Below, piece after piece: positions 18,035-27,300 of a DNA stretch of 61,808 bases. Position numbers and translations under genes: made by a program. The notes below the pieces were generated by a model. The model worked only from the letters and a program-made list of their open reading frames with translations. It made no database searches and was not told the DNA's origin. This stretch comes from Acidimicrobiaceae bacterium (GTDB taxonomy: Bacteria > Actinomycetota > Acidimicrobiia > Acidimicrobiales > Bog-793), in the NCBI GenBank assembly GCA_027306925.1, contig DAHUXW010000065.1:1-61808 (forward strand), read 5' to 3'. How positions within the stretch are numbered: the first letter of the stretch is position 1; each line of letters begins with the position of its first letter.

Positions 18035-19821
18035 GACTGCGAGGCGTCGCGCGCCGACCCCGCGCCGGCCGTGACCGTGTCGCCGAGCGGGAACGGGGCG
18101 CGGACGACGAGCACGACGTTTCGATCCGCGGCCGCCCCCCGCCCGACCGGCTCGGCCGCCCACCGCAGCTCGTCCTCCGGAGCGGTGCCACCGTCGGTCC
18201 CGCCGACGGGCACGCGCCCCTGCCACGCGTTCGCGGCGAGCTCGCGCGACCAGCCGGCGAGCGTCACCGGGTCGCGCAGCTCGCCGGCGCGCGGGTCGAG
18301 CGCGCCCGCGTGGTCGAACACGGCCGTGCCGACGACGAGGTCGCCGGACGTCTCGTCGAGCGCGAGCTCGACGACGCGCGACTGCTGTGGCCAGTCGACG
18401 TGCGACGCGGTCGTGACCTGCCACAGCCCGCCACCGCCCGCGGGGAGCGGGGTCACCGCGTGCACGTGGGTGTGGCCGTTGAACCACGCGACGACGTTCG
18501 GGAAGCGGGCGAGCAGCGCACGCACGTCGTCGGCGAGGTGGCGGAGCGCGCCGTCGGGGCTGTGGTCGTTCACGAGGGTCTCGAGGCTGTGGTGGCTGAA
18601 CAGCACGAACAGCCGGTCCGGCGCCTCGGTCGCGACCTCGTCGCCGAGCGCGTCGAGATGCCTCGAGTGTCCCGCGGCGAGCTCGGTCTCGAGCCAGGCG
18701 AGCTACTCGGCGGTGAGGGACCCCTGCCAGCCGCCGGCGCGGTTCACCGTGTCGAGCACGACGCATCGGATCGAGCCGGCGTCGAACGCGTAGTGCGCGC
18801 GCTCGGCGGCCGCCGCGACCTCGTCGTAGCCGTGCCCGGGCAGGTGCGCGGCGATCCATTCCCCGACGGGCACGGGCCGGCGCCGGGCGTCCGGGGTCAC
18901 GGGCCGCGTCGGTCCCGTCGCGACGCCCCACTCCTCGGTCGACGGGCGGGTCTCGTTGTCCGCGAGCAGCCCGAGGACGTCGACGCCGGGGTCGAGTCCG
19001 ACCGGCTTGTCTGAGCCGACGGCGCGTGCCGCGAGCGCGGGCGTGACCGGAAGCGTCCCGCCGAGCATCGCGTCGTGGTTCCCGAAGACCGCGTACCAGT
19101 CGAGGCCGAGCCCGGTCGCGACGAACGGCGCACGGCACGCGTCGAGCAGGCCGGGAACGACGGGCAACCCGTGACGGCGGCGCGGCACGTCGTCGTCCGC
19201 ACCCCGAGGCGTGCCGTCGGGGTGCCAGTAGCGCGGGTCGTAGGGCTCCTCGGCGCCGACCCCCTCGTAACGGCGGGCGTCGCCCGAGTCCGGCACGACC
19301 TCGCTCCCGCCGTCGAGCAGCGCGACGTACGCCTCGAGCTCGTTCGCCTGGCTGTTGTCCGTCGCGTCCCCCGTCGAGACCGCGAACGCCGGTGGCGCGC
19401 CGGTGAGCGGGCCGCCGTCGAGCGCCCGGACCGCGCGGGCCATCGCTTCGACGACCTGGCAGGTGAGCATCTCCTGCGCGCGGTACGTGCCGATCCGGCC
19501 GAGCGCCGCCGCGAGCGGCGAGTCGGGGTCCCCGTGGCGGTCGAGGAACTCCGCGCGCGCCGGGCTCTGTGGATCAGTCACGTGCAGGTCCGAGAGGTGG
19601 ACGAACACGAGGAGCGAGCGGAACGGACCGGAGGGTGCCGCCCCGCCGAGGTCCGTGCGGGCAGCGAGCGGCTCGCCCGCGGCGCGAGCGAGCGTGCGGT
19701 AGCCGAGCGGCGACGGCGGGCCCGGCACGATCGTCGCGGCGACGGTCGTCGCCCGGGCAGCGACCCGTGCGCGCGCGGCGCCGTCCGCCAGCGCTCCGGA
19801 GGCGGGCCGTCGGGCGCTCAC
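18031..19821 (-). pseudogene. TIGR03767-type metallophosphoesterase interrupted by in-frame TAG
   Basis: The N-part (18703-19821) has VFVHLSDLHVTD, STGDATDN and VFGNHD. The C-part (18031-18606) has FSHHSL and NGHTHVH. The junction is in frame: ...WQGSLTAE-TAG-LAWLETELAAG..., with the TAG at 18703-18705 where homologues have a sense codon (probably Gln). Confidence 0.65.
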
Positions 19822-20969
19822 GCGTCGAGCTCCCGGGGCTCGGTGACGAACAGCGGGGTCCCCGTCGCTTCGACGCTCACGGCGCTGCCGACGACGACCT
19901 CGGAGGCCGACGACGACGGCAAGGTCGCGAGGACCTCGATCTTTCCAGGCAGGGCGACGACGACGTGCATGACCGGCCCGAGGAAGGAGCGTCGCACGAC
20001 GAGGCCGAGGCCGCGCGGGTCGGCCCGCACGGCGAGCGACTCCGGCCTCAGGAGGACGTCGACGCGACGCCCCGGTGCAAACGCCGCCTGCGAGTCCGGG
20101 AGCGGGATCCTGCCACCGAGCACCTCGACGGTCGAGCCCGCGCCGACCGTCGCGGGGACGCGGCTGACGGACCCGACGAACTCCGCGACGAACGCGTTCA
20201 CGGGCCGCTCGTAGACCTCGTCGGGAGGTCCCAGCTGCTGGAGCCGGCCCGACGCCATGACCCCGACGCGGTCGGCCATCGAGAGGGCCTCTTCCTGGTC
20301 GTGGGTCACGAAGAGCGTCGTGATCCCCATCTCGAGCTGGATCCTGCGGATCTCGTCGCGTAGCTGGGCGCGCACCTTCGCGTCGAGCGCGGACAGCGGC
20401 TCGTCGAGCAGGAGGACGCGTGGCTCGACCGCGAGCGCGCGTGCGAGCGCGACCCGCTGCTGCTGGCCGCCCGACAGCTCGTGGGGGAAGCGGCCGGCCT
20501 GTGCGGCGAGACCGACGAGGTCGAGCAGCTCGCGCGCCCGGCGCCGGCGCGTGGGTGCGTCGCGCTTGCGGAGGCGGAGCCCGAAGCCGACGTTGTCGAG
20601 GGCGGTCATGTTCGGGAACAGGCTGTAGGCCTGGAACACCATGCCGAGCTCACGCCGGTTCGGCGGCAGGCCGGTCACGTCCAGCCCGCCGATGCGGACG
20701 ACGCCCGCGTCGGTCTGCTCGAGGCCCGCGAGCGCGCGCAGGGCCGTCGTCTTGCCGCACCCCGACGGGCCGAGGAGCGCGACGAGCTCGCCCGGCTCGA
20801 TCGTGAGGCTGAAGCGATCGAGCGCCGCGACGTCTCCGAACCGGCGTTCGCACTCGACGAGCTCGACGCGCACGCCCGAGCGGTCGAGGTGACGGCCGTT
20901 CGCGCGTTGCGCGGCCTCGTGCTCGAGCGTGCCCGTCTCACTGCCCATGTCCGCTCCTCGTCTGCTCAC
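19818..20969 (-). CDS. ABC transporter ATP-binding protein (aminoethylphosphonate/iron-type importer)
   Basis: Walker A GPSGCGKTT, signature LSGGQQQRVALARAL, Walker B LLLDEPLSALD, and a C-terminal TOBE-like tail. Alternative ATG at 20948. Confidence 0.85.
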   Translation of the reverse strand: MSRRGADMGSETGTLEHEAAQRANGRHLDRSGVRVELVECERRFGDVAALDRFSLTIEPGELVALLGPSGCGKTTALRALAGLEQTDAGVVRIGGLDVTGLPPNRRELGMVFQAYSLFPNMTALDNVGFGLRLRKRDAPTRRRRARELLDLVGLAAQAGRFPHELSGGQQQRVALARALAVEPRVLLLDEPLSALDAKVRAQLRDEIRRIQLEMGITTLFVTHDQEEALSMADRVGVMASGRLQQLGPPDEVYERPVNAFVAEFVGSVSRVPATVGAGSTVEVLGGRIPLPDSQAAFAPGRRVDVLLRPESLAVRADPRGLGLVVRRSFLGPVMHVVVALPGKIEVLATLPSSSASEVVVGSAVSVEATGTPLFVTEPRELDA

Positions 20970-21056
20970 CGCGCACCGCGCCTCTCGCCTTGACCGCCGC
21001 CCGGCCCGCTCGTCGCGCCCCGCGCCTCTCGCCCACTTCGCCCCCGCTCCGCTCGC

Positions 21057-21998
21057 TCATCGCATCGTGGGTCCGTCGTGGACGATCCCCGGCCGGCCGG
21101 GGTCAGCGTGGCCGAGCACGGCGTCGACCTCGGCCGCGAGCTCCGCGACGACGCCGTCGGCCTGCCCGGCAGGGAGCCCCGCGCGCACCGCGCGCCGCCG
21201 GCCGTGTCCGCCGAACAGCGAGAGGGCGAGCAGGACGCCGAAGGTCAGCACGAGCGCGAAGACGCTCACGGCGGTCGCCTCGCCGACCTGCTCGGTCCCG
21301 ATCTGGAACAGCTCGGTCGGGAAGGTCGTGAACGACAGCAGGTTCGCCATCGCGAACTCCCCGAGCGAGTACGCGACCGTGATGAAGGCCGCCGACAGGA
21401 GCGACGACCGGAGGTTCGGCACGAGGACCCGCCGGAACACCTGAGCCCAACCGGCGCCGAGCGAACGGCTCGCGTCGACGAGCGTATGGAGGTCGAGCGC
21501 CTGGACCCCACCGTCGATCGCCCGGTAGGAGTAGGGCATCGCGAGCACGACGTACTCGAGCGCGAGCAGCACCGGCGACGCGACGATGCCCGTCGGGAAC
21601 GCGCCGTAGATGCCGAGGACCACGACGACGACGGGCACGACGAGGGGGAGCAGCGTGATGCTCTCCATCGCGCGCCGCCAGCGGGGCATCCGGAGGTTGA
21701 CCCAGACCGAGGTCGGCATGAGCAGCGCGAGGGTGATGGCCGCCGCGCCGAGCGAGATCTCGACCGACGTCACGAGCGACTGGAGCAGCACCGAGTCGTG
21801 GAACAACGCGGTGACCGAGGAGAGCGTGTAGCTGCCGTGCGCGCCCTCGAGCGCGTAGCGCGCGGAGGCGAGGAGCGGCACGAGGAAGTAGAGAGCCGCC
21901 ACGACGAGGACGCCCGTACGTGCGACGGGTCCGAGGCGGAACTCCGCGGCCGGGTGCGCCCTGGCGGTCGCGACGCGCGGCGCGCTCAGCGCTGCCAT
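21057..21998 (-). CDS. ABC transporter permease
   Basis: The start MAALSAPRV overlaps the upstream permease gene by 13 nt. It has six TM-like segments and an EAA-like loop VDASRSLGAGWAQVFRRVLVPNL. Confidence 0.8.
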   Translation of the reverse strand: MAALSAPRVATARAHPAAEFRLGPVARTGVLVVAALYFLVPLLASARYALEGAHGSYTLSSVTALFHDSVLLQSLVTSVEISLGAAAITLALLMPTSVWVNLRMPRWRRAMESITLLPLVVPVVVVVLGIYGAFPTGIVASPVLLALEYVVLAMPYSYRAIDGGVQALDLHTLVDASRSLGAGWAQVFRRVLVPNLRSSLLSAAFITVAYSLGEFAMANLLSFTTFPTELFQIGTEQVGEATAVSVFALVLTFGVLLALSLFGGHGRRRAVRAGLPAGQADGVVAELAAEVDAVLGHADPGRPGIVHDGPTMR

Positions 21999-22942
21999 CG
22001 TGCCGCCCGGTGCTGGAGCCGCGCGTAGAGCGTCGCCGCGACCGCCACGACGACGATCATCCCGAGGCCGAGCGCGTCGCCGACGTTCTGCTGACCGGCA
22101 AGCACGTTGCCCTCGATGAGCGAGCCGATCTGGATCGGCACGATCGGTATCGAGCCGTTCGTGAGCGCCGCGGCCGTCGCGTACGCCGCGAACGCGTCGG
22201 TGAACAGCACCATGAGCGCGGCGAGGAACGCCGGTGCGAGCACGGGTATCCCGACGTGGCGCCACGCGTCGCGCCGCCGGGCGCCGAGCAGCGACGCCGC
22301 CTCGAACCACTCGCGCCTCAGGCCGTCGACGGCCGGGAGCATGACGAGCACCATGAGCGGGAGCAGGAAGTAGCAGTACACGACGACGAGGCCGGTGAGG
22401 GTGTAGATGCTGAACCCGTGGTCGTACGGGTTCCACCCCATGGCCGAGAGCACCTTGGTCACGATGCCGAAGTTGCCGAGGGACGCGATGAACGCGAACG
22501 CGAGCGGGAGCCCCCCGGTGTTCGCGAAGACCGCGGACGCCGAGGTGACGACGCGCCGCGCCGCGACGTTGGCCGTCGACGCGAGCGCGATCGCCACGAC
22601 GGTTCCGAGGACCGCGGACAACCCTGCGGAGATCGCGGACAGCTCGAGGCTCTTCTCGAACGAGACGAGGTACGTGCCCTGGAGCGCGGCGGTGATGTTC
22701 GCCCACGTGAAGTTGCCGCCCACGGTCTCGAAGGCCGACGAGACGACCGAGACCGACGGGACGACGAGGAAGACCGCGAAGTACGCGACGAACGGGACGA
22801 TGCCCGCGAACCGCAGCAGCCGAGCGACCCTCGAGCGGGGCCTGCCGCCCCGGGACCGACGTCCCGGGGCGGCGGGGCCTCGGTCGGCACCGATCCGCGA
22901 ACGAGCCGGGGAGGGCACGCCAGCCAGCCGCGTCACCGCCAT
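21986..22942 (-). CDS. ABC transporter permease
   Basis: TM-rich, with the EAA loop EAASLLGARRRDAWRHVGIPVLAP. Confidence 0.8.
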   Translation of the reverse strand: MAVTRLAGVPSPARSRIGADRGPAAPGRRSRGGRPRSRVARLLRFAGIVPFVAYFAVFLVVPSVSVVSSAFETVGGNFTWANITAALQGTYLVSFEKSLELSAISAGLSAVLGTVVAIALASTANVAARRVVTSASAVFANTGGLPLAFAFIASLGNFGIVTKVLSAMGWNPYDHGFSIYTLTGLVVVYCYFLLPLMVLVMLPAVDGLRREWFEAASLLGARRRDAWRHVGIPVLAPAFLAALMVLFTDAFAAYATAAALTNGSIPIVPIQIGSLIEGNVLAGQQNVGDALGLGMIVVVAVAATLYARLQHRAARWQR

Positions 22943-22979
22943 CTCGCCACCGGCTCGCTCGCGGGGACCAGCCGGCTCC

Positions 22980-24134
22980 CTAGACGGACGGCCAGAGCTT
23001 CAAGAGGACCGCGGCAGCGTCCTTCTGCTGGGACTGGGACGGGAACGACGGCGTGCCCGACACCGCGGGGATCTTCGCGAGCGCAGCCTTGTCCACGGTC
23101 CCGAGCTTCACCATGTGGTTGAGCAGCACGGGTCGTGCGAAGCCGCCGAGCCAGCCGTTCTGGCCCTCGTTCGAGTAGAGGAACTCCTCCCACAGGCGGG
23201 CGGCCGCGGGGTCCGGCGCGTACTTGCTGATCGCCTGCACGTAGTAGGCGGCGTAGTGCGCGTCGGTCGGGATCACGACCTTCCAGTCGATCCCCTTCGC
23301 CTTCAGCTGCGCGGCGTACGCGGCGTTCAGGTAGTCCCAGTCGATGCTGACCTTGACCTGGCCGCTACCGATCGTCGTCGCGTCGGACTGCGCCGTGATG
23401 AAGTTGCCGTCCTGTGCGAGCTTCTTGAAGTACGTGACGCCCGGCGTGATGTTCGAGAACGAGCCGCCGTTCGCGAGCGACGCGGCGTACACCGCGGCGA
23501 ACGCCGCACCGGCCTGCGTCGGGTTGCCGTTGAGCGCGATCGATCCCTTGTACGCGGGGTTGGTCAGGCTCGCGAACGACGTCGGTGCGACTTTGAGGTC
23601 CGAGGCGTTGTAGCCGATCGAGATGTAGCCGCCGTAGTCGTAGTACCAGGCCGCGTTCGCGGCCTTCTCGCTCGCCGGGATCTGGTTGTACTCGAGCACC
23701 CTGTACGGCGAGAACAGGCCCTGGCTCGCACCCTCGAGCGCGAACGCGGGACCGACGTCGAGCACGTCGGGGGCCTTGGAGGTCCCCTTCTCGTGGATGA
23801 TCGCGTTGAGCTCCTGCTGGCTCGAGCCGTCCGGGATCGCGTCGTTGACCTTGATGTGGTACTTGTCCGAGAACTCCTTGATGAGCGTGCCGTAGTTCGC
23901 CCAGTTGGCCGGAAGGGTGATCGTGTTCAGCACGCCCTCCTTCTGCGCGGCGGCGACGAGCGCCTTCATGCCGCCGCACGCGGCCGCCGAGGTGACCGTC
24001 GCCCAGTTGCACGCGGCGTGGCTCGCGCGCGGCGCGGCCGTGCTCGCCCCCGCCGTCGGCGCGACCGCGGCGGCGGCCGCTAGCGCCGACCCCGCCACTG
24101 CTGCGGCGACGAGCCCTCCTGATGTCTTGCGCAT
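22980..24134 (-). CDS. ABC transporter periplasmic substrate-binding protein
   Basis: The start MRKTSGGLVAAAVAGSALAAAAAVAP is a signal peptide, with GGAGGAG upstream. The body (EGVLNTITLPANWANYG...NGNPTQAGAAFAAV) is typical of PBP2 iron/AEP-type binding proteins. The listed 710-aa ORF was trimmed. Confidence 0.8.
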   Translation of the reverse strand: MRKTSGGLVAAAVAGSALAAAAAVAPTAGASTAAPRASHAACNWATVTSAAACGGMKALVAAAQKEGVLNTITLPANWANYGTLIKEFSDKYHIKVNDAIPDGSSQQELNAIIHEKGTSKAPDVLDVGPAFALEGASQGLFSPYRVLEYNQIPASEKAANAAWYYDYGGYISIGYNASDLKVAPTSFASLTNPAYKGSIALNGNPTQAGAAFAAVYAASLANGGSFSNITPGVTYFKKLAQDGNFITAQSDATTIGSGQVKVSIDWDYLNAAYAAQLKAKGIDWKVVIPTDAHYAAYYVQAISKYAPDPAAARLWEEFLYSNEGQNGWLGGFARPVLLNHMVKLGTVDKAALAKIPAVSGTPSFPSQSQQKDAAAVLLKLWPSV

Positions 24135-24257
24135 CGCGTTGCTCCTCCGTGTACGTCCCGACGGGACGAGCTCCCCCCGCGCTGCGACCGGCGTCGCGGG
24201 GCTGTCGGGCGCGACCGTACGAGAGGGAGGTTGACGTCTCGCGCTGCGCGCGCGACC

Positions 24258-24279
24258 CACGGGTGAACGATTCGTGAAA
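24258..24279 (-). promoter_or_regulatory. PHO-box-like pair of 11-nt direct repeats (TTTCACGAATC GTTCACCCGTG)
   Basis: Read on the minus strand about 125 nt upstream of the SBP start. The second unit matches the actinobacterial PhoP direct-repeat core GTTCACC; the first unit matches only partially. Confidence 0.4.
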
Positions 24280-24333
24280 GCTCGCGCGGTCGACGCGGAC
24301 GGATGCGGCGGGCGCGCGGCGCCCGCGTCGCGC

Positions 24334-27300
24334 TCAGACCGTGGCGATCCCGGCGTAACCGCCGGTGACCGGCGCGGCACGACCCTCGTAGCGGGCGTCG
24401 CCGAACGCGTAGATCGCGCCGGTCGAGGTCGCGAGCCAGTATCCGCGTCCGTCCGAGGTGGGGGCGATACCGACGACCGCGCCCTCGAGCCGGGAGGGCG
24501 CGACCGACCCGTAGCTCGGCGCGCTGCCGAACGCGCGCACCGCACCGGTCGCGGCCGCGAGCCAGTACCCAGTCGCGTCGCGCGCGACCTCGATCGCGAC
24601 GACCCGTCCGCGCAGCGCCGCGCCGTGGCCGGGTCGGAGGTGCGCGTCGCCGTACGCGAAGACCTTGCCCGCGGCCGTGACGACGTAGTAGCCGCGCCCG
24701 TCCGGCGTCGAGGCGATCGCGACCGCCGGGCTCGAGCGCGTCCTGGACGCGCCCGGCGCGCCGAAGCGGTGGGCCCTCCCGAACGCGAAGACCTCGCCGG
24801 ACGCGGTGAGCTCGAGGTACCCCCCGCCGGGAACCGGCGCGAGCCCGACGACTGGCGACGCCGGGTGCGCGAACGGGTACGGCGTCGCGTCGCCGAACGC
24901 GTACACGGTGCCGTTCGACGAGGCGAGCCAGTAGCCTCCGCCGTCCGGGGTGCCCGCGATCGCGACGAGCTTCGTCCTCGTCGCCGCGCCCGCGACGCCG
25001 CCAAGGGTCGGAAGGGTGCCGAACCCGGCGACCGCTCCCGAGACCGCCGCGATGCGGTAGCCGTCGGCGCCGAACTTCGTGAGCAGCGTCCCGGTCGTCG
25101 CCGCGGGCCCACGTCCGAAGCGCGCGTTGGCCGCGAGCACCCGGAACGCGTACGCGCGCCCTGCGAGGATCCCGCGCAGGACCGCGCGGCGCGCGGTCGC
25201 CGGGACGGTCGCGACGAGGGGGGCCTGGCCCGCGGCGGTCGCGACGACCGTGTACGAGGTCACTGGCGAGCCGCCGTCGCTCGCGGGCGCCACCCAGGTG
25301 AGCGTCGCGCGGACTCCCGCGACCTTGGCGGTGACGGATCGTGGCGGCGACGGTGCGCTCGGCCGGTAGCGGAACGTCGCACCCGGTGTGCTCGAGGTGA
25401 CGCCCGTGCGCGTGAGGATCGAGACCGGCACCGTGCGACCCGCGGGTCCGGGCGGGGCGTGCGCGACGAGCACGTACGGATCGCCGTCCGGGTAGCCGGG
25501 CGCAGTGCCGAGGCGGCTCGTCGACAGCTCGCCGAAGCGCGCGCCGAGCGCGCCGTCGAGGTTGTCGCCGAACAGCACGACGCGTGCCCCGCCCGAGGCC
25601 GGGCCGGACGTCGGGCGCACGAGGACCAGCGACGGCGCCCCGGTGCCGAAGTAGACGAAGGTGTCCACCGCGGGGTCGGGGTGCGCGCACGCGGTCGGGG
25701 TGCACGGCTCGACGTCGACCGGCCCGGGCAGGCCTGCGGGCACGACGAGCTCGAGGCTCCCCGCGCTCACCGCGGTGAGGATCGAGGTGCTCGATCCTCC
25801 GTAGGTGCTCGGGGACACCTGGCTCACGAAGTCCACGCTCGTGACGTCCGCGAGGCCCGTCCCCCGCACGACGAGGTGCGTGCCGCCGGTCACGGGCCCA
25901 CCGAGGACGCTGAGCGAGCGCACGCTCGGGACTCCCGCGTACGAGAAGTGCCAGATCGCGCTCAGGCCGCCCTGGGTCTGGACGCTCACGCCGCCCGAGA
26001 GCGCGGAGATCGCGCCGTTGTGCCCGGCGGAGCCGCCGGGCGGCACGATCGTGATCTGCGTCGGCGTGATGGAGCTGATCCGGACCTGCTCGCTCGCGGT
26101 CGAGCTCGGCGGGCCGAAGTTGACCCACTCGAACGTGTCGAGGTTGAACCCGGTGCCGAGGATCGTGACGGGCGTGCTGCCGGAGGCGTCGGCCGGGTCG
26201 GGGACGACCGAGGTGATCGTCGGAGTCGGTGCGTAGTCGAACTCGGTCGCGGCCGGCGCGATCTCGGTCTCGGGCGTCGGCACGACGACGCCCTGGGCGT
26301 TGAAGACGACCGCTCCGGAGAGCGCCGGCAGGATCGGCGCGGTCGGGCTCGAGCCCGCCGAGCTCGTGACGACGACCTGGACCTGGCACGCTGCACCCGG
26401 GGTGAACCCCGGCCCGGTCGCACACGCGGTCGAGGCGCCCTCGGGCGGCACGACGGCCGTGAGCTCGGAGTCGCTGAGCACGTTCACCGAGCCCGCCGGC
26501 ACGCCGCCGAAGGTGACCGTCGGCGGCGAGGTGGCGAAGCCCGTGCCGTACACGGTGACGGTCGACCCGCCCGCGACGTTCGCTCCCGACGGGCCGATAC
26601 CCGAGACCGTCGGGCTCGGCGTGCCCGACGCGCCCGGCACGACGTACTCGAACGTCGCCGCCGCGCTCGTCGCGCTCGACACCGCGGGTGCACCGGCCGT
26701 CACCACGACGTCGACCCGGCCGGCCGGCGAGAAGGGCGCGGATCCCGGCGTCGCGGTCGCGGGAGGCGTGACGACCGTGATCGTGCCCGCGGTGACCGAA
26801 GTGACCGTCGCGGCCGCGGAGCCGAAGCTCACGTGGACGCTCGCGGGCGTGGCCGCTACAAAGCCGCTGCCGGTGATCGTCACGGTCGTGCCGCCGGCGA
26901 TCGGCCCGGACGCGGGCGACACGCCGGTGACCTGCGGGCGTGCGGGGGCCGGGGCGGTCGCCTGCGCGCACAGCGTCGTCGCGAGACCGCCGCTGCCGCT
27001 CGCGTTCGTGACGATCGGCGTGCCGAGGCCCGAGGCGAGGTCGTAGCCGGTGGTCGCGCGGTAGCCGAGGCCGAGGCCGAACACGTCGTTGTTGCCGACG
27101 GTCACGTCGGAGAACGACTGCGCGTAGCTCGCGGGGGACGCGGCGAGCGCGTAGAGCTCGGGCGGAACGAAGCCGAGGTCCGGCCCACCTGCGTTCACCG
27201 GGAGCGACGCGCAGCTCCCGCCCGAGGCGGCGACGTCCGCGAGGACGGCGGCCCAGATCGGTGCCGCGGACGAGGTGCCGCCGATCGTGCTCCACCCGGA

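Noticed and set aside
16925-19138. N-terminal extensions of the listed 656-aa and 737-aa ORFs in the phosphonate operon
   Set aside because: Only the C-terminal 235 aa and 369 aa show HAD and FAD-oxidoreductase motifs. The extensions overlap the real upstream genes, and GTGA/ATGA-coupled starts give normal protein lengths.
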